A DNA stretch of 40,560 nucleotides from Ministeria vibrans ATCC 50519 (GCA_943704425.1 CALSCP010002083.1:1-40560); one strand, 5' to 3'; shown: positions 31,416 to 39,108, counted from the stretch's first letter. Notes: generated from the letters alone by a model not told the origin. Numbers and translations: made by a program.

Positions 31416-31558
31416 TCACGTTCATTTGTAAAATACCTTAACAAACGCATAAAACACAAGAGCGTGGTGAACCAGTTTACCACGATCGTTAATAAGATGC
31501 TCAGCGAAGGAAAATATTGATTTGGCAAGAAAAATCGAACTTGGCAGGAAAAAAGCCC

Positions 31559-31600
31559 TGGCTAGAAAAAAATCTCTCGCGAGACATTTTTCTCTTGCCA
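31559..31600. repeat. 42-bp imperfect palindrome flanked by TGGCA-R-AAAA repeats
   Basis: TGGCTAGAAAAAAATCTCTCG|CGAGACATTTTTCTCTTGCCA; 18 of 21 positions are complementary. Confidence 0.85.
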
Positions 31601-31654
31601 TGACGTGGCACAAAAAAAAACACAAAAAAATAATCATCCTTTTTAGTATACAAT

Positions 31655-31888
31655 ATGGGTCGTTGGGAAATCATTCAAGGTGGCTTTGATAACAATCAGA
31701 TAGAAGGCTTATTTGACCACTTAAATATCGAGTATAAGCCGTACAATTCATTCCGTACTAAGGGTGTAAAAGAACCAGAGGATAGGAAAGAGAGTATTGT
31801 TAAGCTCGATGATTGTTTCTTCACAGGGTATAAACAGGTTGCTGAATACATTCTGTTTGCCACGTTTCAGTTCAACAAAGTAGAGTAA
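31655..31888 (+). CDS. Hypothetical protein (77 aa)
   Basis: ATG preceded by GTATA. Confidence 0.6.
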   Translation: MGRWEIIQGGFDNNQIEGLFDHLNIEYKPYNSFRTKGVKEPEDRKESIVKLDDCFFTGYKQVAEYILFATFQFNKVE

Positions 31889-31908
31889 ATATCTTGACCT
31901 CTATTATA

Positions 31909-32271
31909 ATGTATCCTTATTGCGATTTTTGCAGAAATAACTTCAGCGACACTTGTGAATTAAGTAACTTTCAGCCATATGTTGTGTCAGTTGAAAGATA
32001 CATAGATTTGAGACAGAAACTACTTAAAAACGACGTTAACCAGATCCTTGGGATAGTAAAGAAAACCAAACATCTCAAACTGTTTCCAGTTAAGTATCAG
32101 CTCTGTCTACAGTGCCTTAAACAGTATCTTAAATACCGTGTGAAACATATATATTTAGTCCCAGATACATTCACAATAAAGACATATATTGTCAATACTG
32201 ATACAAATGATTATGAGTACTTTACCGGACCAGAAGACTCTGATAGCGGTTTATGTAATTGTTGTGAGTAG
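31909..32271 (+). CDS. Cys-containing hypothetical protein
   Basis: ATG 31909 after TATA; CDFC and CLQC pairs. Confidence 0.6.
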   Translation: MYPYCDFCRNNFSDTCELSNFQPYVVSVERYIDLRQKLLKNDVNQILGIVKKTKHLKLFPVKYQLCLQCLKQYLKYRVKHIYLVPDTFTIKTYIVNTDTNDYEYFTGPEDSDSGLCNCCE

Positions 32272-32541
32272 CTTCTTAAGTTGCTTAGCAAAGCATTCAT
32301 TCTGTGTTAATAGGTCAACTAACATGCCATTTGTTAACTCATCAGTTGGTTGAGTTGTTCTCGAAAGAAACTCTTTTCTTTCGATATTCTTTTTATGCAA
32401 ATTAGTCTTCAGGTGAGTGTAGTAACGTGATTGAGTCACAATCTTACCACAGTAGCATTCACGCTTTTTCTTGCCATAGGCTCTATGATATGCTCTATGA
32501 GCTTCAATTTTCTCAAGGTTATTAACTGCACTGTTTTCCAT
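32251..32541 (-). CDS. Zn-finger (CxCG...H...H) protein
   Basis: CYCGKIVTQSRYYTHLKTNLH; GGCTTAAAGA motif upstream (32566-32575, minus strand). Confidence 0.75.
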   Translation of the reverse strand: MENSAVNNLEKIEAHRAYHRAYGKKKRECYCGKIVTQSRYYTHLKTNLHKKNIERKEFLSRTTQPTDELTNGMLVDLLTQNECFAKQLKKLLTTIT

Positions 32542-32670
32542 CGTATAATGGTATAACATAATATCTCTTTAAGCCTTTTATTCAGCCCTTATTTATGCGT
32601 TATTAAAAAACGTTTGAAGAATGTGCAAAATGACTTAAAGAAATGACGATTTACATATTTTATATAAATC

Positions 32671-35600
32671 ATGACGGACAAAAAATCCAAGTCTAAATCA
32701 GCTACAAAGCCCTCCCAAACTAAGAAGCAGACGAACAAGGTGCTATCAGATGAACAGCTTTTACGGCTTATTAAATCTGATTCACACCTTTACAAACGTG
32801 CCATATCTTTAAGTGGTATTGAGGCAAGTAAGAAAACTAAACAGTTGAAAAAGGATCACGATGCCATACTCAAAGCAGGTGCAGTTAAACGCAAAGCAAA
32901 GAAGACTGTTGAAGGACAGCAATTGCAGAAGAAACTAAAGAAGTTTGCAAAGCATGAAGACAGCGTTATTAATCCTGTAACTAATAGACCTATTAAGTTA
33001 GCTGGAAAGTCATTTGTCACACACGGAAAGAAGGGGAATGTTAAATTCACTGAGTACAAATCACCAGCAGGGGGATTCAATCTCGTTAAAGAACACCGTG
33101 ATCTCCTGAAATGGTTCAAAACTAGTAAACATGCATTACCTAAAAATAAAGATATTTTGTCATTATTAGACAGAAAAATCCAAATTGAAGACAAGGATAA
33201 TGGCACGAATAAGTTCACAGTCGTTGGTACAATTTCATTCCTTAACAAGCATGGGGTGTTAGATCATACACCGATTAGAGTAGATGACGATAAAATGAAA
33301 CGCAACATAATCACACTGCCAAAGGGAATAGATAGAGACACTGCAACCTTATATATTGCATCCAAGGTAGATAAGTACACTAAATTGTACGGTAATGTGC
33401 AGAAATTAGACGCTCTAGTTTTGGATCCTGTTAACACTAAATTAGCTCAACAAAAGATGAAGGGAGTACGCTTTCAATCTAAACTTCTAACTGATGTAAG
33501 TGCAGGAGTCTCACAGCGAGATGGTTTCTGTACCGTAGACTATCTTTGGCATGAAATGGAGGGTAAACCCAGATTTGCTAAAAGTATGACTTTCAAGAAA
33601 CTTGTTAGTGAGCTATCAGAGTTCTGTGATGTAAACGATGGCGTTAGTACAACAGACATAATCAACTGGAAGTTAAAGTATCATAGAAACATAAGTGTGT
33701 ATGCACTGAACGCAATGAAAGAAGTGTTTATTAGTAGTCCAGCAGGCTTACATGAGAAGCACACTTTAATCTTAACTTTTATGGTCTCCAATGAGCATTT
33801 GTATCCTATAACTAAAGAGAGTTGCAAGCAGTTCATAGCTAAAGGTAAACGCCTACAAGAGTTTGATGTTAAGATGGAGGAATTCAGGTTTGATATTAAG
33901 TTCTCAGGTGAACAGTTTAACATTCTAAATGACGATAATATGGACGAGTTTATTAGAGGAGAAACAGACGGTAAAATATGGATATTAGACGATGAAAATA
34001 AATCAAAATTGAACCCTAAGGATGACAAAAAGAGCATGGTATCGTTGGCAAACGACTGCATGGTACATACTGATTTCCTTATTGAACATTTTGATATGTG
34101 TAGTGCCAGTAAAATTAATGCTTTTGTGCATCCTACGAGTGGTCAAGTTGTCGTATTAGGCACAGAGTTTGAACGCAGAAGAGAGTTGTGTAAAACATTA
34201 TTTGACATTTATCAAGTCGACTGTTTCAGGTTTATTAACCAGAGCATGTGTCAAATTTCAAGAGATCTTTTCAAGATTGTTACAGGGCATACTCGAACCA
34301 GTACTTACACTGAATTGGTTGGCAAAATATTAGATGATTTCAAGCCTAACGCATTGATTCAAACAATCGAAGAAGGTGACATATCAGAAATGAAAATAGA
34401 AGGCTTGGACACAAAGAAAGCGTACAGTTGGGCTCTGCTTTCAAACACGTTTGATATTCCTATCTTTTCAATCAATAGCACGATTGAGGACTACACTGGG
34501 GATAAGATTGTATGTGGACTGTATTACATTGAAGGTACACAGTTGATTAGGTACTCTAATGGCTCTCATGCCTTGGCCCTAAAACCTGCATTTTACTCTT
34601 GGAATTTAGTCCAGTATTTATTGGATAATGGACATATTCAAAAGAGTGCTATTAAGTATTGTATCAAGGCTTCATTTTCATTGAAGGCAGACATGTTCAA
34701 ATCATTTGTAGAATTTTGTTACAAACACCTCAAAATACAAGATGGTAAGGATATCGTTAATCTCCTAGTAGGCTGGTACGGTAAATCTGTTAATAAGACA
34801 TATCACGGATGTGTTACAGATAGCGCAGAGACATTATGTTGTCTAATGAGTGATATTTTAGATGCTGGTGATCAGCCTATTATCAACATGTTTGAGCATC
34901 TATTTGTTGTTAGAAAAGAAATAAGAACCAAGCTTGGAAAGGACAATGTGTCAATATGGAATCATGTAATTAGCGCCGGTATTGCGAACCTATTAGGGCT
35001 TTGTGAACGGGTTAAAACAAACAACGGTACAATCATCGGTGTCAACACAGACTGTGTATTTTACACCGGTTGTGAACAGATTTCTGATGTACTAAAGATG
35101 AAGGAAAAGATGAAGGATGAAGATGAAGAGGAAGAGGATCATGTGAAGAATATTGGAAAAGCTTCGCCTGAAATATCTCCGCAACCAAAATTGTTCCACG
35201 AGTACGAGGCTTGTGACGAACTTGATATCACTAAATACACAGTAAGCCAAGGTAACGGAGTGATATACACAGGTCTTGCTGGAAGTGGTAAAACACAGAA
35301 ATTACTGGACATAATTGCAACGCTAAATGATGGAGAATACATGGTATTATCACCAACTAATAAGGCTTGTGTGAACATTAATATTAGAAATGGTAAAGCA
35401 ATTTGCTCGACACCTAACAGTTTACTGTTCTTGGCGAAGAGTGACTCAGAGAAAATTAGGATGCTCAATAAGACTGTATTAATAGATGAATTTGCCATGG
35501 TGAATGACTACTGGATGAGTCTATTTTACAGAGCATGGTTAGTGAATAAAAATAAGTTCATTATGTTCGGTGATCCTAACCAGTTACAGGCCGTGGAAGA

Positions 35601-36801
35601 GGAAATTGAACCTATAAATCATTTGAATTCGGTAGGCGTAAAACAGATGTGTCCGACTGTCATAGAATTACAGTACTTAGAAGTATCTGGACGTTATGAT
35701 ATTGCTCTTAAAATGGCACTAGATACGTTCCTCGACACCGGGTCTACTTGTGACTTCGTGTTCAAGAAAATAGATATCTCATTGAAAGTCAATATTGTGA
35801 GCACTAATGAGAAAAGAAGAGAGATTACGAAACGGTTATGCAAGACCGGTGACAAGGTGAAATTCTATTATCAAAAAAATTATGAAACTTACAAGGTGGA
35901 TGAGACGACTCCAATCCTATGTACAGTAAATAATAAGAAGCTTAATTTGATCTCTAATATGGTGTATAAGATCAATCACATTGATAACCATTTTGTATGT
36001 ATTAGTGGTAAAATGGTTAAGGAGTTTAAGATGAGGCGTGATATGTTCGCTAAATCATTCATTCCCAGTTATGCATTTACAGTTCATAAGTCTCAAGGTG
36101 ATACAATACGAGAACCCTACAATATTTGGGAAGCTAAGACTATGTCTAAGAGTCAATTTTATACTGCAGTCAGCCGATCATCTCACTCTAATTTGATCCA
36201 CTGTAGTGCCTATAATGATATTTATAAAGTTGAAAAGAGCGGTCTAATGACCTGCAAAAAACTGGATGCATTTAGTAATGAATACAAGAACGGTAAGATC
36301 TACAGAATAGATTTCAGTAATGGTAGTCTGTACATAGGAGAGACAATACTGACAGTAGAAGAACGCCTAAAACAGCACCTTAATGATGTTCATGGTACAG
36401 TGTACAAGTACATTGAAGCTAACCCAGGAATTACATGTACTATTACACAGATAGCTACGACACCTTGTGATGATCATGGAGAGCTCATGAGATATGAAAC
36501 ATATTACATTCAATTACACCAAAAAGAGCATGGCATTAGGCTTATTAATAAGAAACAATTACACAGAGTTGAAAAGATCAAAGAAGATGAAGTGGATATA
36601 TCTATTAAGACATCTATTAGTGACTCACGATTCAACATAAAACATAACGAAGACAAACGTGAATTGGCGATACAGTACAGAGACGAGAATGGTAGTAAGA
36701 AATGTATTAAGAAGCGGTACAAAGTAGGCGGTTTCGAGGATGCTATGACATATATGAAAAACAAAAGAGAAGGCATTTTGATTGATCTGGCAAGTCTCTA
36801 A
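32671..36801 (+). CDS. Fusion of family B (protein-primed-type) DNA polymerase, SF1B (Pif1/RecD-like) helicase, GIY-YIG nuclease and AP2-like domain
   Basis: PolB motifs LDTKKAY, KDIVNLLVGWYGK and GVNTDCV. Helicase motifs GLAGSGKT, SPTNKA, IDEFAM, GDPNQL, TVHKSQGDT and YTAVSR. GIY-YIG pattern GKIYRI...LYIGET...ERLKQH...E. Confidence 0.88.
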   Translation: MTDKKSKSKSATKPSQTKKQTNKVLSDEQLLRLIKSDSHLYKRAISLSGIEASKKTKQLKKDHDAILKAGAVKRKAKKTVEGQQLQKKLKKFAKHEDSVINPVTNRPIKLAGKSFVTHGKKGNVKFTEYKSPAGGFNLVKEHRDLLKWFKTSKHALPKNKDILSLLDRKIQIEDKDNGTNKFTVVGTISFLNKHGVLDHTPIRVDDDKMKRNIITLPKGIDRDTATLYIASKVDKYTKLYGNVQKLDALVLDPVNTKLAQQKMKGVRFQSKLLTDVSAGVSQRDGFCTVDYLWHEMEGKPRFAKSMTFKKLVSELSEFCDVNDGVSTTDIINWKLKYHRNISVYALNAMKEVFISSPAGLHEKHTLILTFMVSNEHLYPITKESCKQFIAKGKRLQEFDVKMEEFRFDIKFSGEQFNILNDDNMDEFIRGETDGKIWILDDENKSKLNPKDDKKSMVSLANDCMVHTDFLIEHFDMCSASKINAFVHPTSGQVVVLGTEFERRRELCKTLFDIYQVDCFRFINQSMCQISRDLFKIVTGHTRTSTYTELVGKILDDFKPNALIQTIEEGDISEMKIEGLDTKKAYSWALLSNTFDIPIFSINSTIEDYTGDKIVCGLYYIEGTQLIRYSNGSHALALKPAFYSWNLVQYLLDNGHIQKSAIKYCIKASFSLKADMFKSFVEFCYKHLKIQDGKDIVNLLVGWYGKSVNKTYHGCVTDSAETLCCLMSDILDAGDQPIINMFEHLFVVRKEIRTKLGKDNVSIWNHVISAGIANLLGLCERVKTNNGTIIGVNTDCVFYTGCEQISDVLKMKEKMKDEDEEEEDHVKNIGKASPEISPQPKLFHEYEACDELDITKYTVSQGNGVIYTGLAGSGKTQKLLDIIATLNDGEYMVLSPTNKACVNINIRNGKAICSTPNSLLFLAKSDSEKIRMLNKTVLIDEFAMVNDYWMSLFYRAWLVNKNKFIMFGDPNQLQAVEEEIEPINHLNSVGVKQMCPTVIELQYLEVSGRYDIALKMALDTFLDTGSTCDFVFKKIDISLKVNIVSTNEKRREITKRLCKTGDKVKFYYQKNYETYKVDETTPILCTVNNKKLNLISNMVYKINHIDNHFVCISGKMVKEFKMRRDMFAKSFIPSYAFTVHKSQGDTIREPYNIWEAKTMSKSQFYTAVSRSSHSNLIHCSAYNDIYKVEKSGLMTCKKLDAFSNEYKNGKIYRIDFSNGSLYIGETILTVEERLKQHLNDVHGTVYKYIEANPGITCTITQIATTPCDDHGELMRYETYYIQLHQKEHGIRLINKKQLHRVEKIKEDEVDISIKTSISDSRFNIKHNEDKRELAIQYRDENGSKKCIKKRYKVGGFEDAMTYMKNKREGILIDLASL

Positions 36802-36832
36802 AGAGACTTAAGGACGTGTGACGTTACTCAAC

Positions 36833-36913
36833 TGTCGGGTGGTGTAAATAACATAATCAGTGGAGATCGCGAGCGAAGCTGGTAGATAGTTGGCGAAATT
36901 CCAACAACCGATT
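36833..36913 (+). ncRNA. tRNA-like ncRNA candidate between polymerase and integrase
   Basis: Cloverleaf geometry: GTCGG/CCGAT partial acceptor, TG, GTGT AAATA ACAT, A, ATCAG [18-nt loop with internal hairpin] CTGGT, AGATA, GTTGG CGAAATT CCAAC. Its upstream promoter closely resembles that of the tRNA array. Confidence 0.55.
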
Positions 36914-36931
36914 CATTAATTAGAGAACAAA

Positions 36932-38038
36932 ATGTTGTCCAATTATATAATGAGTAACGAGCCTAAACTTCGGCAAATTTGGAGAGTCAGTAACTTTCCT
37001 AATAAGCTCAATCTTTACAAACTTCAGAAGGAGGCTAATTTGGGATTCACACAGAAGCAGGTAGGAGCGTGGTTAGAGAAGCAAGAAAGTCATCAAACAA
37101 CTACTGCACCTAAGAAACAGAAGGTTTTTTCATCTGTAATAGCACCAAAAGTAGGGAGTAACCTTATGCTTGATTTGATCGTGTACGATAGGTACAAGAG
37201 CAACGGGTTTCAGTACATATTGAATGGAATCGATATTAAAAGTCGCAAGGCTTTTGGTATTGCCCTAAAAGACAGAAAAGAAGAGACGTTAATAGAGGCT
37301 ATGAAGAAGATGTTCAAGCATTACAAACATGTATTTCCTGAGCTACAGATGGATAATGAAGGGGCGTTTACAGGAGATGAATTCGGCAAGGAAATGGAGA
37401 AATTAGGTGTTAAAACGTTATGGTTCTCAGAGGCCGGAGATATACGCAAACAGTCAGTAGTTGAACGCAATAATAGGACAGTAGCAGAAATGTTACAAAG
37501 ATGGAGACAAGGGTCTGGTAGGACTGATTGGGAGAATGAATTAGATCATGTATACGAGGTCTACAACAGCACACCACATTCAACTATTAAGGCCAAACCA
37601 GATGATGTTTGGAATGGAGATGACGTTAATAAGCAGACTATTACTGTTGTTGAACATGACTTCAAAGATGGTGACAAAGTCAGGCTAAAACAACACAAAC
37701 AGGTGTTTACTAAGGGTGATGCGTTGAAGTTTAGTAAGGAGCTTTACACAATCAAGAAAAAGGTCGGACAAAAATATGTTTTGCATGATGAAGATGACGA
37801 TGAGCTCGCACGCCGATATTCCGGTGATGAAATGCGCAAAGCGAACGAAATTGATGCCAACGAGATAGTAAAGACTAGGTTCAAGGAAAATCAGCAGAAG
37901 GAACACGTGAAGACACAAGATGAAAGAAAGACTAAAAGAGAGACTAATAAGCTTCAAACAAATGGTCACAGTAAATTCTTAGAAGAGGTTAACAAGGGTC
38001 TTGGTAAGAGAGTTCGTAAGCCCAAAAAGAAAGAATGA
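36932..38038 (+). CDS. Retroviral-like (rve, DDE) integrase, Polinton type (alternative start 36950)
   Basis: LMLDLIVY (D), LQMDNEGAF (D), VVERNNRT (E), YNSTPHSTIKAKP, FKDGDKVR. Confidence 0.95.
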   Translation: MLSNYIMSNEPKLRQIWRVSNFPNKLNLYKLQKEANLGFTQKQVGAWLEKQESHQTTTAPKKQKVFSSVIAPKVGSNLMLDLIVYDRYKSNGFQYILNGIDIKSRKAFGIALKDRKEETLIEAMKKMFKHYKHVFPELQMDNEGAFTGDEFGKEMEKLGVKTLWFSEAGDIRKQSVVERNNRTVAEMLQRWRQGSGRTDWENELDHVYEVYNSTPHSTIKAKPDDVWNGDDVNKQTITVVEHDFKDGDKVRLKQHKQVFTKGDALKFSKELYTIKKKVGQKYVLHDEDDDELARRYSGDEMRKANEIDANEIVKTRFKENQQKEHVKTQDERKTKRETNKLQTNGHSKFLEEVNKGLGKRVRKPKKKE

Positions 38039-38047
38039 ATTAACAAT

Positions 38048-38076
38048 GGCTTAAAGACATGACACGTTATATAATT
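38048..38076 (+). promoter_or_regulatory. Promoter of the tRNA array (GGCTTAAAGAC-N5-ACGTTA)
   Basis: Closely similar motif with the same spacing at 36805; the CTTAAAGA core also precedes several viral CDSs. Confidence 0.65.
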
Positions 38077-38149
38077 GGTTTAGTGGTGTAATTGTTATCA
38101 TATTCGAGCCTTCGCTCGTGAGTTCCAGGTTAGATCCCTGGCTAGGCCA
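38077..38149 (+). ncRNA. tRNA-like RNA without a canonical anticodon loop (first unit of the array)
   Basis: GGTTTAG/CTAGGCC-A acceptor; anticodon arm TTCGAGC CTTC GCTCGTG (18 nt); T-arm CCAGG TTAGATC CCTGG; D-loop lacks GG. Confidence 0.65.
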
Positions 38150-38150
38150 A

Positions 38151-38222
38151 ACGCTTGTGGTGCAATGGTTAGCATTCTTGTCTTTCACACATGAGATCGG
38201 GGTTCAATTCCTCGCAAGCGTA
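38151..38222 (+). tRNA. trnE: tRNA-Glu(TTC)
   Basis: ACGCTTG-TG-GTGC AATGGTTA GCAT-T-CTTGT CTTTCAC ACATG-AGAT-CGGGG TTCAATT CCTCG-CAAGCGT-A. Confidence 0.88.
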
Positions 38223-38224
38223 TT

Positions 38225-38295
38225 GATTCGGTAGTGTAATGGTATCATATCTGTTTGCCAAGCAGATGACCCGGGTTCGATTCCCGGTCGGATCA
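38225..38295 (+). tRNA. trnG: tRNA-Gly(GCC)
   Basis: GATTCGG/TCGGATC-A; TCTGT TTGCCAA GCAGA; CCGGG TTCGATT CCCGG. Confidence 0.88.
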
Positions 38296-38296
38296 C

Positions 38297-38368
38297 ACGT
38301 TAATAGTGTAATGGTTAGCATACTTGTTTCTCAAACAAGAGATCAAGGTTCGATTCCTTGTTAGCGTA
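38297..38368 (+). tRNA. trnE: tRNA-Glu(CTC)
   Basis: ACGTTAA/TTAGCGT-A; CTTGT TTCTCAA ACAAG; CAAGG TTCGATT CCTTG. Confidence 0.88.
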
Positions 38369-38394
38369 TTATCATGTGACTTAATAAGTCGTAT

Positions 38395-38466
38395 GATTCG
38401 GTGGTGTAATGGTTAGCATCCTTGTCTGTCTCACAGGGGATCGGGGTTCAATTCCTCGTCGAATCG
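38395..38466 (+). tRNA. trnD: tRNA-Asp(GTC) with U37
   Basis: GATTCGG/TCGAATC-G73; CTTGT CTGTCTC ACAGG; CGGGG TTCAATT CCTCG. Confidence 0.88.
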
Positions 38467-38467
38467 C

Positions 38468-38538
38468 GCGTCAGTGGTGTACTGGTAACATCTCGGATTT
38501 CCAATCAGAGGCACTGGGTTCGATTCCCAGTTGACGTA
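38468..38538 (+). tRNA. trnG: tRNA-Gly(TCC)
   Basis: GCGTCAG/TTGACGT-A; TCGGA TTTCCAA TCAGA; CTGGG TTCGATT CCCAG. Confidence 0.88.
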
Positions 38539-38596
38539 TTAACAAATGCATTAATAAGCGCATGTTAAGGAATTATTATATTGCTTAATAGTATAG

Positions 38597-39052
38597 ATGA
38601 ACAATTATATTGAGATGACAAAAGTATCTCCAGGTATTGACGCCTTAATATTCATAGACTACCCAGACCAGGCATTAACAATAGATGACAACTTTGATAA
38701 AGAGTGTCTTAATGGCATTGTAATAGTTGCTGATGATAGTCGACTTACACAAGACGAAAAAAGTGCATTGGAAGGATGTTTAACCTTAGATAATAGTGTA
38801 GTAGCTGAAAAAGACTCATGTTACATATTTATGGTTCCAATACCAGATGAGACAATGAAAAAATTAAACAAATTATTTGAAGTCAGAGTCAAAAAATCCC
38901 CTGAAATAAAGGAAAAATGGTACAACAGATCACTATCCAACGTTGTAAGTTCGTACATAATACACCACGTAACAAAGGGTATATACATGGATATTTTTTA
39001 TACAGTTTATCCTGATCCTTTTCTACATAATGTATTAATAAGAAGACTGTAA
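38597..39052 (+). CDS. Hypothetical protein (151 aa)
   Basis: ORF behind a promoter duplicated at 39064-39108. Confidence 0.75.
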   Translation: MNNYIEMTKVSPGIDALIFIDYPDQALTIDDNFDKECLNGIVIVADDSRLTQDEKSALEGCLTLDNSVVAEKDSCYIFMVPIPDETMKKLNKLFEVRVKKSPEIKEKWYNRSLSNVVSSYIIHHVTKGIYMDIFYTVYPDPFLHNVLIRRL

Positions 39053-39108
39053 AAGTCTAAAAGAATAAGCGCATTGTTAAGCAATTATTTTGTTGCTTAA
39101 TAGTATAG

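Noticed and set aside
31655-31888. Possible glutaredoxin-like fold
   Set aside because: No CxxC and the resemblance is too weak; left as hypothetical.
38077-38149. Reading the first viral unit as tRNA-Arg(TCG) or a TCA suppressor
   Set aside because: No register gives a 5-bp stem with a 7-nt loop around those triplets.
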